Assembly (NCBI GenBank): GCA_964426415.1
Contig: CAYRQM010000006.1
Span: 1 to 63,641 of the forward strand
Source of the DNA: an uncultured Christensenella sp.
GTDB lineage: Bacteria; Bacillota; Clostridia; Christensenellales; CAG-138
DNA: 63,641 bases
Direction: 5' to 3'
Shown: positions 23,650 to 33,553 of the stretch, one piece after another
Position numbering within the stretch: position 1 is the first letter of the stretch
How the letters are laid out: each line of letters begins with the position of its first letter
Notes under the pieces: model-generated
Told to the model about the DNA's origin: nothing
What the model saw: only the letters and a program-made list of their open reading frames with translations
The model's database searches: none
Position numbers and translations under genes: made by a program

Positions 23650-24738
23650 GTGGACAGTAGTCCTTGTATAGGGCCTGTTTTACCTTTCCACGCGGCGGCT
23701 GCCGCGACGCGCGCGGTACAATCCCCGCAAAGCGTGATTTGGCTGATCCTGTTTTTTATCGCACTCATCTTAGGCGGCGCCTACTTTGCGGGCGCGGAAA
23801 CCAGTCTGGCGTCCGTCAATCGGATTCGCATGATGAGCAGAGCGGACAACGGCTCCAAATCGGCGAAGCGCGTTCTCTATATTCTCGATCATTTTGATAC
23901 TGCGCTGACCACCATTCTCATCGGCAACAACATCATGCACATCGGGTGCGCGTCTTTGGCGACGCTGGTCGCCACGCGCCTTTCTTGGGGCGACTTGGGA
24001 ACGACGCTTTCGTCGCTTGGCACCACGGTGATCGTGTTCTTAATTGCAGAAATGATCCCCAAAACCATCGCAAAATCCTGCAACGAGCGGTTTGCGCTGT
24101 TTGTGGCGCCGTCGCTGCGCATTTTGATGAAGCTCTTGAAGCCGCTTTGCTTCGTGTTTACCGCGTTGGCAAACGGCGTCAAAAAGCTGTTCCATGTCAA
24201 GAGTGCCGAGGAGCCCACCGTATCGGAGGAGGAGTTTCACGACATCATCGAAACGCTGGATAAGGAGGACGACATCGACGACGAGACGACCGAGCTGATG
24301 CAGTCCGCCTTGGACTTCACCGAAACGCCCGTGGCGGCGTGCTATACGCCGTGGGAGCAGGTGGAATCCATCCAAAACACCATGCAGCCCGCCGAGATCG
24401 TCAAGATCATCGACCGCACCAACCACAGCCGCCTGCCCGTGACGAACGACAAGGGCGACGTGATTGGGATGCTGCAAATTCGCAAGTACCTCAAGGCGTA
24501 CATTCGCTTTAACGGGCACGTCAGCCTGCAGCGCGTCATGGATAAGCCGTTCTCCGTCACCACGGGCACGCCCATCGACGAGCAGCTTGCGGGCATGAGC
24601 GCGTCCAAAACGCACATCGCTATCGTCCGCGACGAGCAGGGCGACTTAAAGGGCATCCTGACTGTGGAAGACATTTTAGAGGAGCTGGTGGGCGAGATCT
24701 ACGACGAGGACGACGTAGGGGGTGATCACGATGCCTGA
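23650..24738 (+). CDS. CNNM/CorB (hemolysin-family) protein: DUF21 plus CBS pair, without the CorC_HlyC C-terminal domain
   Basis: FAGAETSL, LTTILIGNN, AEMIPK, HSRLPV and GILTVEDILEELVGEIYDEDD, then stop. Confidence 0.88.
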   Translation: MDSSPCIGPVLPFHAAAAATRAVQSPQSVIWLILFFIALILGGAYFAGAETSLASVNRIRMMSRADNGSKSAKRVLYILDHFDTALTTILIGNNIMHIGCASLATLVATRLSWGDLGTTLSSLGTTVIVFLIAEMIPKTIAKSCNERFALFVAPSLRILMKLLKPLCFVFTALANGVKKLFHVKSAEEPTVSEEEFHDIIETLDKEDDIDDETTELMQSALDFTETPVAACYTPWEQVESIQNTMQPAEIVKIIDRTNHSRLPVTNDKGDVIGMLQIRKYLKAYIRFNGHVSLQRVMDKPFSVTTGTPIDEQLAGMSASKTHIAIVRDEQGDLKGILTVEDILEELVGEIYDEDDVGGDHDA

Positions 24739-26014
24739 ATGGGTGCGCATCGCGCTGATTGTGGTTTGCATCGCCTTTTCCGCCCTGTTTTCCGGATCGG
24801 AAATCGCGTACAACCAACTGAACGTCACCAAGCTGCGCAAGGAAGCCCAAGGCAAGAACGGGCGGCTTGCCCGCGTCGCGCTGCGGTTTTATGATCGGTT
24901 CGACCGCGGGCTGATCGTCATTTTGCTGGGCAACAATTTGGTCAACATCGGCTCGTCCTCCTTGGCGGCAGTCATTGCCATCGGGCTGATGGGCGACAGC
25001 GGCGCATGGATTGCCACCGCCGTCATGACGCTTCTCATCATCACCTTTGGCGAGATTTTGCCCAAGATTTTGGCAAGCGAACGCGCCGAAGGGCTGGCAA
25101 AATGGGCGGCGCTGCCCTTGACGGTGCTGTACTATGCGCTGTTTCCCTTGGTGTGGGTGCTGCAAGCGGGCCTTATCGGGCTTTCTCGCATTTGGAAGAA
25201 CGGCGCAAGCGACGACGGCATCACCGAGGACGATTTGGAAACCATCTTGGACACGGTCGAGGACGAAGGCGTCGTGGACGAGGACGTCGCCGATTTGCTG
25301 CAGTCCGCATTCGACTTCGACGAGGTGCTGGCATACGAGGTCATTACGCCGCGGGTCGATTTGGTGTCCATCGACATCGACGATCCCCGCGAGGAGATTC
25401 TCAAAACGGCGTTCGATTCGCCCTACACGCGCATTCCCGTCTATCGGGACACGCCCGACCATGTGATTGGCATTTTGCATCTCAACCGTCTGTACAAAGC
25501 GCTGGTACACGACAAGGACGCCGACATCAAAAAGCTGTTGATGCCCGTGGTGTTCGTACACAAGACCACGCCGCTGCCCGACGTGCTCAATCGGATGCGC
25601 AAGTGCAAGAGCCACATGGTGGTCGTCACCGACGAATACGGCGGCACGATGGGCGTGCTGACCATGGAGGACGTATTGGAACAGCTGGTGGGCGAGATTT
25701 GGGACGAATCGGACGAGATTGAGGAGCCGTTTGTCGAGGTTGCGCCCAACCGATTTGAGGTGGACGGCGATATGCGGCTTGCCGATTTCTTGGACGAGTT
25801 CGACAAAGAGGATGAAGACTTGGACGACGACAACGCCACGGTGGGCGGCTGGGCGGTCGAGAAGCTGGGCGGCTATCCCAAGCTGCACGAGCGCTTCATC
25901 TACGAGAATCTCACCATCTCCATCCTCAAAAAGGAACGGCTGCGGGTGCTGCGGCTGTTGGTCGAGGTCGACCCCGACTGGGTGGACGAGGACGAGGAGG
26001 ACGAGGATGCATAA
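24731..26014 (+). CDS. CNNM/CorB (hemolysin-family) protein: DUF21, CBS pair and CorC_HlyC domain
   Basis: FSGSEIA, ILLGNNLVNI, FGEILPK, YTRIPVY, DEYGGTMGVLTMEDVLEQLVGEIWDE and TVGGW; overlaps the upstream stop. Confidence 0.9.
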   Translation: MPEWVRIALIVVCIAFSALFSGSEIAYNQLNVTKLRKEAQGKNGRLARVALRFYDRFDRGLIVILLGNNLVNIGSSSLAAVIAIGLMGDSGAWIATAVMTLLIITFGEILPKILASERAEGLAKWAALPLTVLYYALFPLVWVLQAGLIGLSRIWKNGASDDGITEDDLETILDTVEDEGVVDEDVADLLQSAFDFDEVLAYEVITPRVDLVSIDIDDPREEILKTAFDSPYTRIPVYRDTPDHVIGILHLNRLYKALVHDKDADIKKLLMPVVFVHKTTPLPDVLNRMRKCKSHMVVVTDEYGGTMGVLTMEDVLEQLVGEIWDESDEIEEPFVEVAPNRFEVDGDMRLADFLDEFDKEDEDLDDDNATVGGWAVEKLGGYPKLHERFIYENLTISILKKERLRVLRLLVEVDPDWVDEDEEDEDA

Positions 26015-26420
26015 ACAGGTCTATTTCGCAGGCTCCATTCGCGGCGGACGCGCGGATGCGGCGTGGTATCGCACGCTCATCGCGTACATTGCACGCACCG
26101 ATACGGTGCTGACCGAGCACATCGGCAACCTGTCGCTGTCCGTATTGGAAAACGGCAAGGCGGGGGACGGCGCAATCTACGCCCAAGACGCCGCGTGGCT
26201 TTGCGCGTGCGACTTGGTCATCGCGGAATGCACCTGCCCGTCGCTGGGCGTGGGCTATGAGCTTGCCTTTGCCGAAGCGCATCAAAAGCCGTGCTATGTG
26301 CTGTATCGCAAGTCGCGCACGCAGCTGTCCTCGATGCTATTGGGCAACCCGTACTTCCACATCGTCCCGTATGAGACGGAGGCGGAGGCGTTTTCGACGC
26401 TGGATCGCATCCTGCAATAA
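26007..26420 (+). CDS. Nucleoside 2-deoxyribosyltransferase / DNPH1(RCL)-like N-glycosidase
   Basis: VYFAGSIRGGR, VLTEH, IYAQD..WL and IAECTCPSLGVGYEL; ATG overlaps the upstream stop. Confidence 0.88.
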   Translation: MHKQVYFAGSIRGGRADAAWYRTLIAYIARTDTVLTEHIGNLSLSVLENGKAGDGAIYAQDAAWLCACDLVIAECTCPSLGVGYELAFAEAHQKPCYVLYRKSRTQLSSMLLGNPYFHIVPYETEAEAFSTLDRILQ

Positions 26421-26456
26421 CCAAAAATCTATCGCACATGGCGCGGCAAGTCCGCG

Positions 26457-26822
26457 CTATGTTTTTGTTTTGGGCTTTGCAATGACCGCCGCCAAGTAGC
26501 CAAACAGGATGGCGGAGGCAATGCCGCCCGCCGTGGCGGAGATGCCGCCCGTGAACGCGCCCAAGACGCCGTCCTCCTTTGCAGCTTCGATGGCGCCCTT
26601 TGCAAGCGTATTGCCAAATCCCACCAAGGGCACCGTCGCGCCCGCGCCCGCAAACTCCACCACGGGCTGCCAAAGCCCCAGACCGCCCAGCACGACGCCT
26701 GCCACCACAAACAGCACCAGAATGCGCGCCGACGTCAGCTTGGTGAAGGAGAGCAACAGCTGCCCCACCACACAGATGGCGCCGCCGATCAAAAACGCCC
26801 AAAGATACGTCCAAAGTTGCAT
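26457..26822 (-). CDS. spoVAE: Stage V sporulation protein AE (SpoVAEb-type)
   Basis: AFLIGGAICVVGQLL..TKLTSARILV and FAGAGATVPLVGFG. Confidence 0.92.
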   Translation of the reverse strand: MQLWTYLWAFLIGGAICVVGQLLLSFTKLTSARILVLFVVAGVVLGGLGLWQPVVEFAGAGATVPLVGFGNTLAKGAIEAAKEDGVLGAFTGGISATAGGIASAILFGYLAAVIAKPKTKT

Positions 26823-26824
26823 GG

Positions 26825-27850
26825 TTACCGCCTTTCAAACACGATGGCGTGGGCGATTGCGGGGATGGTTTCGCCCTGCAATCCGGAAGTCGGGCTCATC
26901 AGTGCGCCCGTTGCCAAAAATAGGATGCGGCTGCAGTCGCCGTGTTCCAGCATGGGCAGCAGGTATCCCGCCAGCGTCACCGCCGAACAGCCCGCGCCGC
27001 TGCCGCCGCAGTTGTAGTTTTGATCGGGATGGTACATCCGATCGCCGCAGTCGATGTGGCGTCCCGACAGGTCAACGCCGTGCTGCGCGCAAAGGGAGAA
27101 CAGCATCTCGGCGCCAAACTTGCCCAAATCGCCCGATACAATCAGGTCGAAATCGGACGGCGCGCTGCCCGTGTCCTCCAAATGCGCAAGCAGCGTATCG
27201 CAGCAGGCGGGCGCCATGGCGGCGCCCATGTTGTTCGCGTCGTTGATCCCAAGGTCGACCACCTTTCCGATGGTGGCGGCGGACACAAACACATGCGTAA
27301 ACACGGGCAGCGGCACGTCCTCTGCGGCAAGCAGCAGGCAGCCCGCACCCGTCACGGTGCGCTGTGCCGTTGGCGGCGCGGTGGTTCCCATCTCCAACGG
27401 GAACCGATACTGGCGTTCCGCCGTGGAGAAATGGCTGCACGCGGCGCACGCCGCCCGCTTGCGATAGCCGCCGTCCAACAGCACGCTTGCCACCAACAGC
27501 GATTCCGCCATGGTGGAGCAGGCGCCATACAGCCCCAGATAGGGGACGCCAAACGTGCGTGCGCCATAGTTTGCGGTGATGATTTGATTGAGCAAATCGC
27601 CTGCCACCAGCAAATCCAAGTCTTTGGGTTGAAGGCCCGCCTTCGAACAGGTGAGCCGCACCGATTGCTCGAACATGCGGCATTCCGCCTTTTCAAAGCT
27701 GTCCTCGCCCAACTTGTCGTCCGCCAAGACCACGTCGAAGGATTTGCCCAACGGCCCGTCGCCTTCCGCCCGCGAAACCACGGACGCCGACGAGACCACC
27801 TGTGGCGCATGCGCAAAGAGCAGCGTCCGTTCTCCAATGGAATGTTGCAT
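26825..27850 (-). CDS. spoVAD: Stage V sporulation protein AD (dipicolinate-binding)
   Basis: EGDGPL, AGDLLNQ, GLYGACSTMAES, ERQYRFPLE, NNMGAAMAPA, GGSGAGC and GETIPAIAHA. Confidence 0.95.
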   Translation of the reverse strand: MQHSIGERTLLFAHAPQVVSSASVVSRAEGDGPLGKSFDVVLADDKLGEDSFEKAECRMFEQSVRLTCSKAGLQPKDLDLLVAGDLLNQIITANYGARTFGVPYLGLYGACSTMAESLLVASVLLDGGYRKRAACAACSHFSTAERQYRFPLEMGTTAPPTAQRTVTGAGCLLLAAEDVPLPVFTHVFVSAATIGKVVDLGINDANNMGAAMAPACCDTLLAHLEDTGSAPSDFDLIVSGDLGKFGAEMLFSLCAQHGVDLSGRHIDCGDRMYHPDQNYNCGGSGAGCSAVTLAGYLLPMLEHGDCSRILFLATGALMSPTSGLQGETIPAIAHAIVFERR

Positions 27851-27869
27851 CGCATCCTCCTTTTTCGGA

Positions 27870-27898
27870 TAGTGTGCGCCGTCCGAAAAAATTGATAC
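27870..27898 (-). promoter_or_regulatory. Forespore sigmaG/sigmaF-like promoter for spoVAD-spoVAE
   Basis: - strand GTATC-17 bp-CACACTA, then SD aaggagg. Confidence 0.6.
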
Positions 27899-27937
27899 AA
27901 AAAAAGGAACGCCGCAGCGTTCCGATAGAAAGATTGC

Positions 27938-29173
27938 TTACAGCCGCACCTGAAAGCGAATGGCGGCGCCGCCAAGGTTGTGCGCGGTCAGCTCGCCATG
28001 GTGCTTCGCTACGATGGCTTTTGCGACGGACAGCCCAATGCCGAACCCGCTGCCGAAGGTGCGCGCCTTGTCGGCACGGTAGAAGCGGTCGAACAGCCGA
28101 TCCAGCCGAATGTCGCCAATCTCGGCATAGCTGTTGTCCACGGTGAGCAGCGGATGTCTGCCGCCCTGCAGTGTTACGGTGATCGCGCCGTTTTCGTCGC
28201 AGTATTTGGCGGCGTTGTCCAAAAGGATGGACAAAAGCTGCCGCAGCATCGCCTCGTCGCCCTCGTACTGCACCTGCGATTCAACCTGCAGCGTGAGCGT
28301 TTTGCCGCTCGCTTCGACGGCGCTTTGAAACGCGGAAGCGGTGTCCTCCACCGCGTCGCTTAAGGAGAAACGGCACAGGACGGGCTTGTTGTCCGCTTCG
28401 TCCATCCGCGCCAGCGACACCAGCCGATTGACCAGCACGCTCATCTTTTGGCTTTCCTTTCGGGCGTCGTCCAGCCAATCGTTCTTGCCAAGCTCCGATT
28501 CGGCGATGTCCAGATTGGTCATAATCAGCGTCAACGGCGTTTTCAGCTCGTGGTTGGCGTCCGTGATGAACTGCTTTTGCTTTTCATAGCTTTCGGCGGC
28601 AGGCTTTACGGCGTGCTTCGAAAGCAGCACCACCAACAGCAGCACGATCAGACAGCCCGCGGCGAACACGATGGCAGCCGCCCAAAGGAACATGCGGTTG
28701 GACGCGTGCTGCATCGCGCCGCTGACAAAGACCACGAGCGTGCCCGTTTCGTCCGTGACGATGCGGTAACGGTACGCGCCGACCCAACCGCGGGGGTTCG
28801 ACTTTGCCAAGACCTTTTCCGCATAGGCTGCCGCGTCTTCATCGGTGACGCCGAAAATGGCGTCGGTGTTCGTGGCGATAAGGCTGCCGTCTGCATCGTA
28901 GGAAACGGTGAAATAGCGCGTCGTGAAGGACGATTCGCGGTCAAGAATGGGCGCGTCATCGGGCGCTTGCGCACCGTTGGGACGGGGCGGCGGCTCCGCG
29001 TCGGGGGCGGGGAACGTGCCGCCGTTTTCTGCGATTCTGTCGGTCAGCTTGTCCACGGCGGCGTTCGTTTGCAGCTGCGTAAACAGGAAGATGGCGCAAA
29101 GCAGCACGAAAAAGACCGCCAAAAACGACAGCGTACAGATGCGGATGAACTTTTTACGCAGGCTGTAAATCAT
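27938..29173 (-). CDS. Sensor histidine kinase (two TM helices)
   Basis: H-box FITDANHELKTPL, N-box ILLDNAAKY, LFDRFYRAD and GFGIGLSVA; start MIYSLRKKF overlaps the regulator stop (ATGA). Confidence 0.93.
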   Translation of the reverse strand: MIYSLRKKFIRICTLSFLAVFFVLLCAIFLFTQLQTNAAVDKLTDRIAENGGTFPAPDAEPPPRPNGAQAPDDAPILDRESSFTTRYFTVSYDADGSLIATNTDAIFGVTDEDAAAYAEKVLAKSNPRGWVGAYRYRIVTDETGTLVVFVSGAMQHASNRMFLWAAAIVFAAGCLIVLLLVVLLSKHAVKPAAESYEKQKQFITDANHELKTPLTLIMTNLDIAESELGKNDWLDDARKESQKMSVLVNRLVSLARMDEADNKPVLCRFSLSDAVEDTASAFQSAVEASGKTLTLQVESQVQYEGDEAMLRQLLSILLDNAAKYCDENGAITVTLQGGRHPLLTVDNSYAEIGDIRLDRLFDRFYRADKARTFGSGFGIGLSVAKAIVAKHHGELTAHNLGGAAIRFQVRL

Positions 29174-29844
29174 GGATGCGTCTCCAAAAGGTAGCCCGCG
29201 CCGCGCACGAAGCGAATCTCGACGGGCGCATGCAGCGCGGCAATCTTTTTGCGCACGTTGGAGATATGCACCCACACGACGCTGACGTCCACATCGCTTT
29301 CCCAACCCCAAATGTGGTTGATGAACTGGTCGGTGGTCACGATGCACTGCGGACGCTGCATCAGCATTTCCAGAATGCTGAATTCCTTGCCGCTGAGCGC
29401 CGTCGTCTTGCCGTTTGCGGAAAGCTCATAGGTGGAACGATTCAACACAAGCGGGCCGCAGGCAAGCAAATCGGGCACAAACTGCTCCCGCCGCCGCAGC
29501 ATGGCGCGCACCCGCGCCAAAAGCTCGTGGGTGGAAAACGGCTTGGGCAGATAGTCGTCCGCACCCGCGTCCAAGCCTTCCACACGCTGGTAGACCTCGG
29601 TCTTGGCGGACAAAAACAGCGCGGGCGTATGCACGCCCTTTTGCCGCAGCGCCTTCAGCACCGAAATGCCGTCCATGCCGGGCATCATAATGTCCATAAT
29701 CAATCCGTCATACGGCTCGCTTTCGGCATACGTCAGGGCGTCGGCGCCGTTCGAGACGGCGTCTACGACGTATTTGTTCGTTTCAAAAATGTGTTTGAGG
29801 GACTTGAGCAAATGCAAGTCGTCCTCGGCAATCAGCAACCGCAT
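29170..29844 (-). CDS. OmpR/PhoB-family response regulator
   Basis: LLIAEDD, DIMMPGMDG, GADDYLPKPF and the winged-helix VVWVHISNVRKK..RGAGY. Confidence 0.95.
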   Translation of the reverse strand: MRLLIAEDDLHLLKSLKHIFETNKYVVDAVSNGADALTYAESEPYDGLIMDIMMPGMDGISVLKALRQKGVHTPALFLSAKTEVYQRVEGLDAGADDYLPKPFSTHELLARVRAMLRRREQFVPDLLACGPLVLNRSTYELSANGKTTALSGKEFSILEMLMQRPQCIVTTDQFINHIWGWESDVDVSVVWVHISNVRKKIAALHAPVEIRFVRGAGYLLETHP

Positions 29845-29876
29845 GGCGCACCATCCATTCCTTTTCTTGTGCCCTC

Positions 29877-29912
29877 AGTATACCATCAAATTCTAAAGAA
29901 ACACTAAAGAAA
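29877..29912 (-). promoter_or_regulatory. Response-regulator promoter with tandem 11-bp-period boxes
   Basis: - strand TTTCTTTAG-tg-TTTCTTTAG, 10 bp, then TATACT. Confidence 0.65.
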
Positions 29913-29961
29913 TTGCACCGAACGAAGAAAAAATGGGCAAATGGGGCGTGCCCGCCAAAAG

Positions 29962-30015
29962 TTCACATTCGCTTCCACCTTTCTTTAGCACCGCTTTAGC
30001 GAAGGCGGCTATCCT
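29962..30015 (+). promoter_or_regulatory. Exporter-operon promoter with tandem 11-bp-period boxes
   Basis: CTTTAG at 29983 and 29994 (weaker ttcaca/ttccac at 29962 and 29973), 10 bp, then TATCCT. Confidence 0.6.
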
Positions 30016-30044
30016 TTTTTGCAGAAGCGAAAAGGAGTACAGGT

Positions 30045-31673
30045 ATGAGCAGTACGCGAAAAGCAGCAAAGAAAAGAAAAACGATTCTTCGGATCGTCAT
30101 CATCGTCGCTTTGGCGGCAGCCGCATTGACGGTTGGCGTCTTGATTCTTCGGGATCGTGTGACCGAAAAATACGGCGATACGGCAGACGAAGCGGAGACG
30201 GCGACGGTGACCGTCGGCAGCATCAGCACCACGGTATCGGGTTCCGGCAACTTGGCGGACGAGGACGTGGAAACGCTGGCGCTCTACGGCACGGTTGCGA
30301 TCGATGAAATCTTGGTCGAGGCGGGCGATACGGTGACGGCGGGCGATCCCGTGGCAACCGTGGACACGTCCACCGTGCAAAAAGCGATGGCAGACCTGCA
30401 GGAACAGATCGACGCGAAGGACGACGAGATCCACGACGCGGCGGACGACGCGGTGGACAGCCGCATCAAGACGGCGGTTGCGGGCCGCATCAAAGAATTG
30501 TATGTGACGCAGGACGACGACGTGGCGTCCGCGATGTATGAAAACGGCGCGTTGGCGCTGCTTTCGCTGGACGGGTATATGTCCGTTGACGTGACCACCA
30601 CCGCGCTCAAGGCGGGCGACGCCGTTTGGGTGGAAGGCTCCGACGGGACGCGGTATGCGGGCAGCGTACATTCGGCGGCGGGGCAGAGCGCAACCATCTT
30701 CGTTTCCGACAACGGCCCCAAGCAAAATGACGCCGTGACCATCTATTCCGAATCGGAATCCATGATTGGAAGCGGCACGCTTACCGTGCACGCGCCCTTA
30801 TGCATCACGGGCTACACGGGCACGATCTCCCGCGTCTATGTGACGGAAAACCAGCAGGTGCGCGCAGGCACGGCACTGTTTTTGCTGACCGACACGGGGT
30901 ACAGCGCGGACTATGACGCGCTGCTTTCCGAGCGGCAAACGCTGGAGGAAGATTTGCAGGCGCTGATTGCGCTGTATCAGGAGGGCGGGCTGTGCGCACC
31001 CATTTCGGGCAGCGTCTCCACGGTGGACGCGACAAGCGGCGACGCAAGCGACAGCACCGATGCGCGGACGGTCTTGACTATCTGTCCCGACAAGCGCATG
31101 ACCATCTCCGTTTCCGTGGACGAATCCGATATTCTGTCCCTGTCCGTTGGGCAGACGGCGGAAGTCACCGTCGATTCCTTGGGCGACGACACGTTCGAAG
31201 GAACGCTCACGTCCATCGACACGACGGGCACGTCCGCAAGCGGCGTGACGCAATACACCGCAATCATCACGCTGGACAAGGCGGAACACATGCTTTCGGG
31301 CATGTCCGCCACCATCGCCATTCGCATTGAGGGCGTCGAGAACGCGCTGCTCATTCCGAGCGATGCGCTGACCCAAACCAGCGCCGCCTCCTATGTCTAT
31401 ACGTCCTTCGACAGCGAATCGGGCGAGCTGGGCGGCATGATCGAGGTCACCACGGGGCTGAACAACGGCAGCTATGTGGAAATCACCGACGGACTTTCCG
31501 AGGGCGATGTGGTGTACTACATGAAGGTCGAGGACAATAGCAGCAGCTTTACGTTTGGCGGCATGGGCGGCATGGGCGGCAGCTCCTCCACGGGCGGCAC
31601 CATGCCCTCCGGCGGCAGTGCGCCGTCCGACTTCGGCGGCGAACGGCCCTCCGGCGGACGCAGCGACGGGTGA
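30045..31673 (+). CDS. HlyD/MacA-like membrane fusion (adaptor) protein with Gly-rich tail
   Basis: N-terminal TM; SISTTVSGSG, VEAGDTVTAGDPVA, APISGSV, SVDESDI..LSVGQ, LLIPSDAL and VEITDGLSEGD. Confidence 0.85.
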   Translation: MSSTRKAAKKRKTILRIVIIVALAAAALTVGVLILRDRVTEKYGDTADEAETATVTVGSISTTVSGSGNLADEDVETLALYGTVAIDEILVEAGDTVTAGDPVATVDTSTVQKAMADLQEQIDAKDDEIHDAADDAVDSRIKTAVAGRIKELYVTQDDDVASAMYENGALALLSLDGYMSVDVTTTALKAGDAVWVEGSDGTRYAGSVHSAAGQSATIFVSDNGPKQNDAVTIYSESESMIGSGTLTVHAPLCITGYTGTISRVYVTENQQVRAGTALFLLTDTGYSADYDALLSERQTLEEDLQALIALYQEGGLCAPISGSVSTVDATSGDASDSTDARTVLTICPDKRMTISVSVDESDILSLSVGQTAEVTVDSLGDDTFEGTLTSIDTTGTSASGVTQYTAIITLDKAEHMLSGMSATIAIRIEGVENALLIPSDALTQTSAASYVYTSFDSESGELGGMIEVTTGLNNGSYVEITDGLSEGDVVYYMKVEDNSSSFTFGGMGGMGGSSSTGGTMPSGGSAPSDFGGERPSGGRSDG

Positions 31674-31682
31674 GGAAGCAAC

Positions 31683-32354
31683 ATGATTGACTTAAAGGAC
31701 ATCGTAAAGGTGTACAACGTGGGCGACGAGGACGTGTGGGCGCTAAATCACGCCTCCATGCACATCTTCCCCGGCGAGTTCGTTGGCATCATCGGGCCAT
31801 CGGGAAGCGGCAAGTCCACGCTGATGAACATCATCGGCTGCTTGGACACGGCGGACAGCGGCGCGTATCTTTTGGACGGCATCCCCATTGAGGACTATTC
31901 CGAAAATGAGCTGGCGCACATCCGCAACCGCAAGATTGGCTTTGTGTTTCAAAGCTTCAACCTCATTCCCAAGCTGACGGCGGAGGAGAATGTCGAGCTG
32001 CCCCTCATCTATCAGGGCGTGCGCAAGGCGGAACGCAAACGCCGCGTCATGGAAGCGCTGGCACGGGTGCAGATTGACAACCGCGCCAAGCACTTGCCCA
32101 CGGAGCTGTCGGGCGGACAGCAGCAGCGCGTCGCCATCGCACGCGCCATCGCCACGCAGCCTTCGCTGATTCTGGCGGACGAACCCACGGGCAATTTGGA
32201 TTCCAAGACGGGGCAGGACATCATGAACCTGTTTTTGGAGCTGCACGATGCGGGCAATACCATCGTACTGATTACCCATGACGACCATGTCGCCGCGCAA
32301 ACGGGGCGCATGATCCACATTTTCGACGGCAAGGTTTTGGAGGTGCAGGCATGA
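31683..32354 (+). CDS. ABC transporter ATP-binding protein (MacB/LolD-like)
   Basis: GPSGSGKST, IGFVFQSFNL, LSGGQQQRVAIAR, LADEPTGNLD and ITHD. Confidence 0.95.
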   Translation: MIDLKDIVKVYNVGDEDVWALNHASMHIFPGEFVGIIGPSGSGKSTLMNIIGCLDTADSGAYLLDGIPIEDYSENELAHIRNRKIGFVFQSFNLIPKLTAEENVELPLIYQGVRKAERKRRVMEALARVQIDNRAKHLPTELSGGQQQRVAIARAIATQPSLILADEPTGNLDSKTGQDIMNLFLELHDAGNTIVLITHDDHVAAQTGRMIHIFDGKVLEVQA

Positions 32355-33541
32355 TCCAATCGCTGAAAATGGCGATGAAATCCATCGTCGGCAACAAGAT
32401 GCGGGCATTTCTGACCATGCTGGGCATCATCATCGGCGTCATGGCGCTGGTCATTTTGGTAAGCCTTGTCAACGGCACCACGGGAACCGTCACCAACACG
32501 ATTGCGTCGCTGGGCAGCAACCTTTTGACCGTCACCATCTCGGACGACAAGGGCGTGCCGGTATCGCTATCCGATCTGACCGACTGGTCGGACACAGAAG
32601 GCGTCGGCGACATTGCACCGTATGAACAGGCAAGCATGACGGGCAAGTACGGCGCGGACAGCGCCACCATGCAGGTGTACGGCACCACCGCATCGTACTG
32701 CGACATCCAAGACCTCAGCCTGCTGTTGGGCAGGTTCTTGAAAACGTCGGACGTGGAGAATCACACCAACGTCTGCATCATCAACCAAAACGCCGCGACC
32801 GAGCTGTTCGGCTATACCGACTGCATCGGCAAAGAGCTGTCCATCGAGGGCGCGAAGTACACCGTGGTGGGCGTGTTGGAGGACAACGACGACACGCTGA
32901 CGGGCGTGTTCGGCAGCTCGTCCTTGGTGGCGTACATCCCCTATACGTCGCTGATGCGGCTGTCCACCACCGTGTCCGCCGACGTCACCACGTTCTATGT
33001 GAGCGCCGAAACGGACGGCGAACTGGACGCCGCCGAAACGGCAATCACCGCCATTCTGATGGATCGCTTCTCGGACGACGACGATGCGTTTACCGTCACG
33101 TCGCAAAACGTGCTGGAGGACGCCATGCGCGACGTCACCTCGATTCTTGCCATCCTGCTGGGCGGCATCGCCGCCATCTCCTTGGTGGTGGGCGGCATCG
33201 GCATCATGAACATCATGCTGGTCACGGTGACGGAGCGCACCCGCGAAATCGGCATTCGCAAGGCGATCGGCGCGACCCGCGGCACGATTCTGCTGCAATT
33301 TCTGTTGGAAGCCATCGTCCTTTGCATGATGGGCTGCGCCATCGGCATCTTCCTGTCTTGGGGGACGCTGCGCATCGTTTCGGTGGTGGTGTCCAACTTG
33401 AGCATGCGCTTCAATATGGCAGGCAACGTGGTGGTCATCGCCGTGCTGTTCTGCTTTGCCATCGGCGTCGTGTTCGGTCTGTATCCCGCCAACAAGGCAG
33501 CAAAGATGCAGCCCATCGACGCGCTGCACTACGGCGGATAA
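32351..33541 (+). CDS. ABC transporter permease (MacB_PCD plus FtsX)
   Basis: RAFLTMLGIIIGV, GIAAISLVVGGIGIMNIM, ERTREIGIRKAIGA and YPANKAAKMQPIDAL. Confidence 0.95.
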   Translation: MIQSLKMAMKSIVGNKMRAFLTMLGIIIGVMALVILVSLVNGTTGTVTNTIASLGSNLLTVTISDDKGVPVSLSDLTDWSDTEGVGDIAPYEQASMTGKYGADSATMQVYGTTASYCDIQDLSLLLGRFLKTSDVENHTNVCIINQNAATELFGYTDCIGKELSIEGAKYTVVGVLEDNDDTLTGVFGSSSLVAYIPYTSLMRLSTTVSADVTTFYVSAETDGELDAAETAITAILMDRFSDDDDAFTVTSQNVLEDAMRDVTSILAILLGGIAAISLVVGGIGIMNIMLVTVTERTREIGIRKAIGATRGTILLQFLLEAIVLCMMGCAIGIFLSWGTLRIVSVVVSNLSMRFNMAGNVVVIAVLFCFAIGVVFGLYPANKAAKMQPIDALHYGG

Positions 33542-33553
33542 GGGAGGGTCAAC

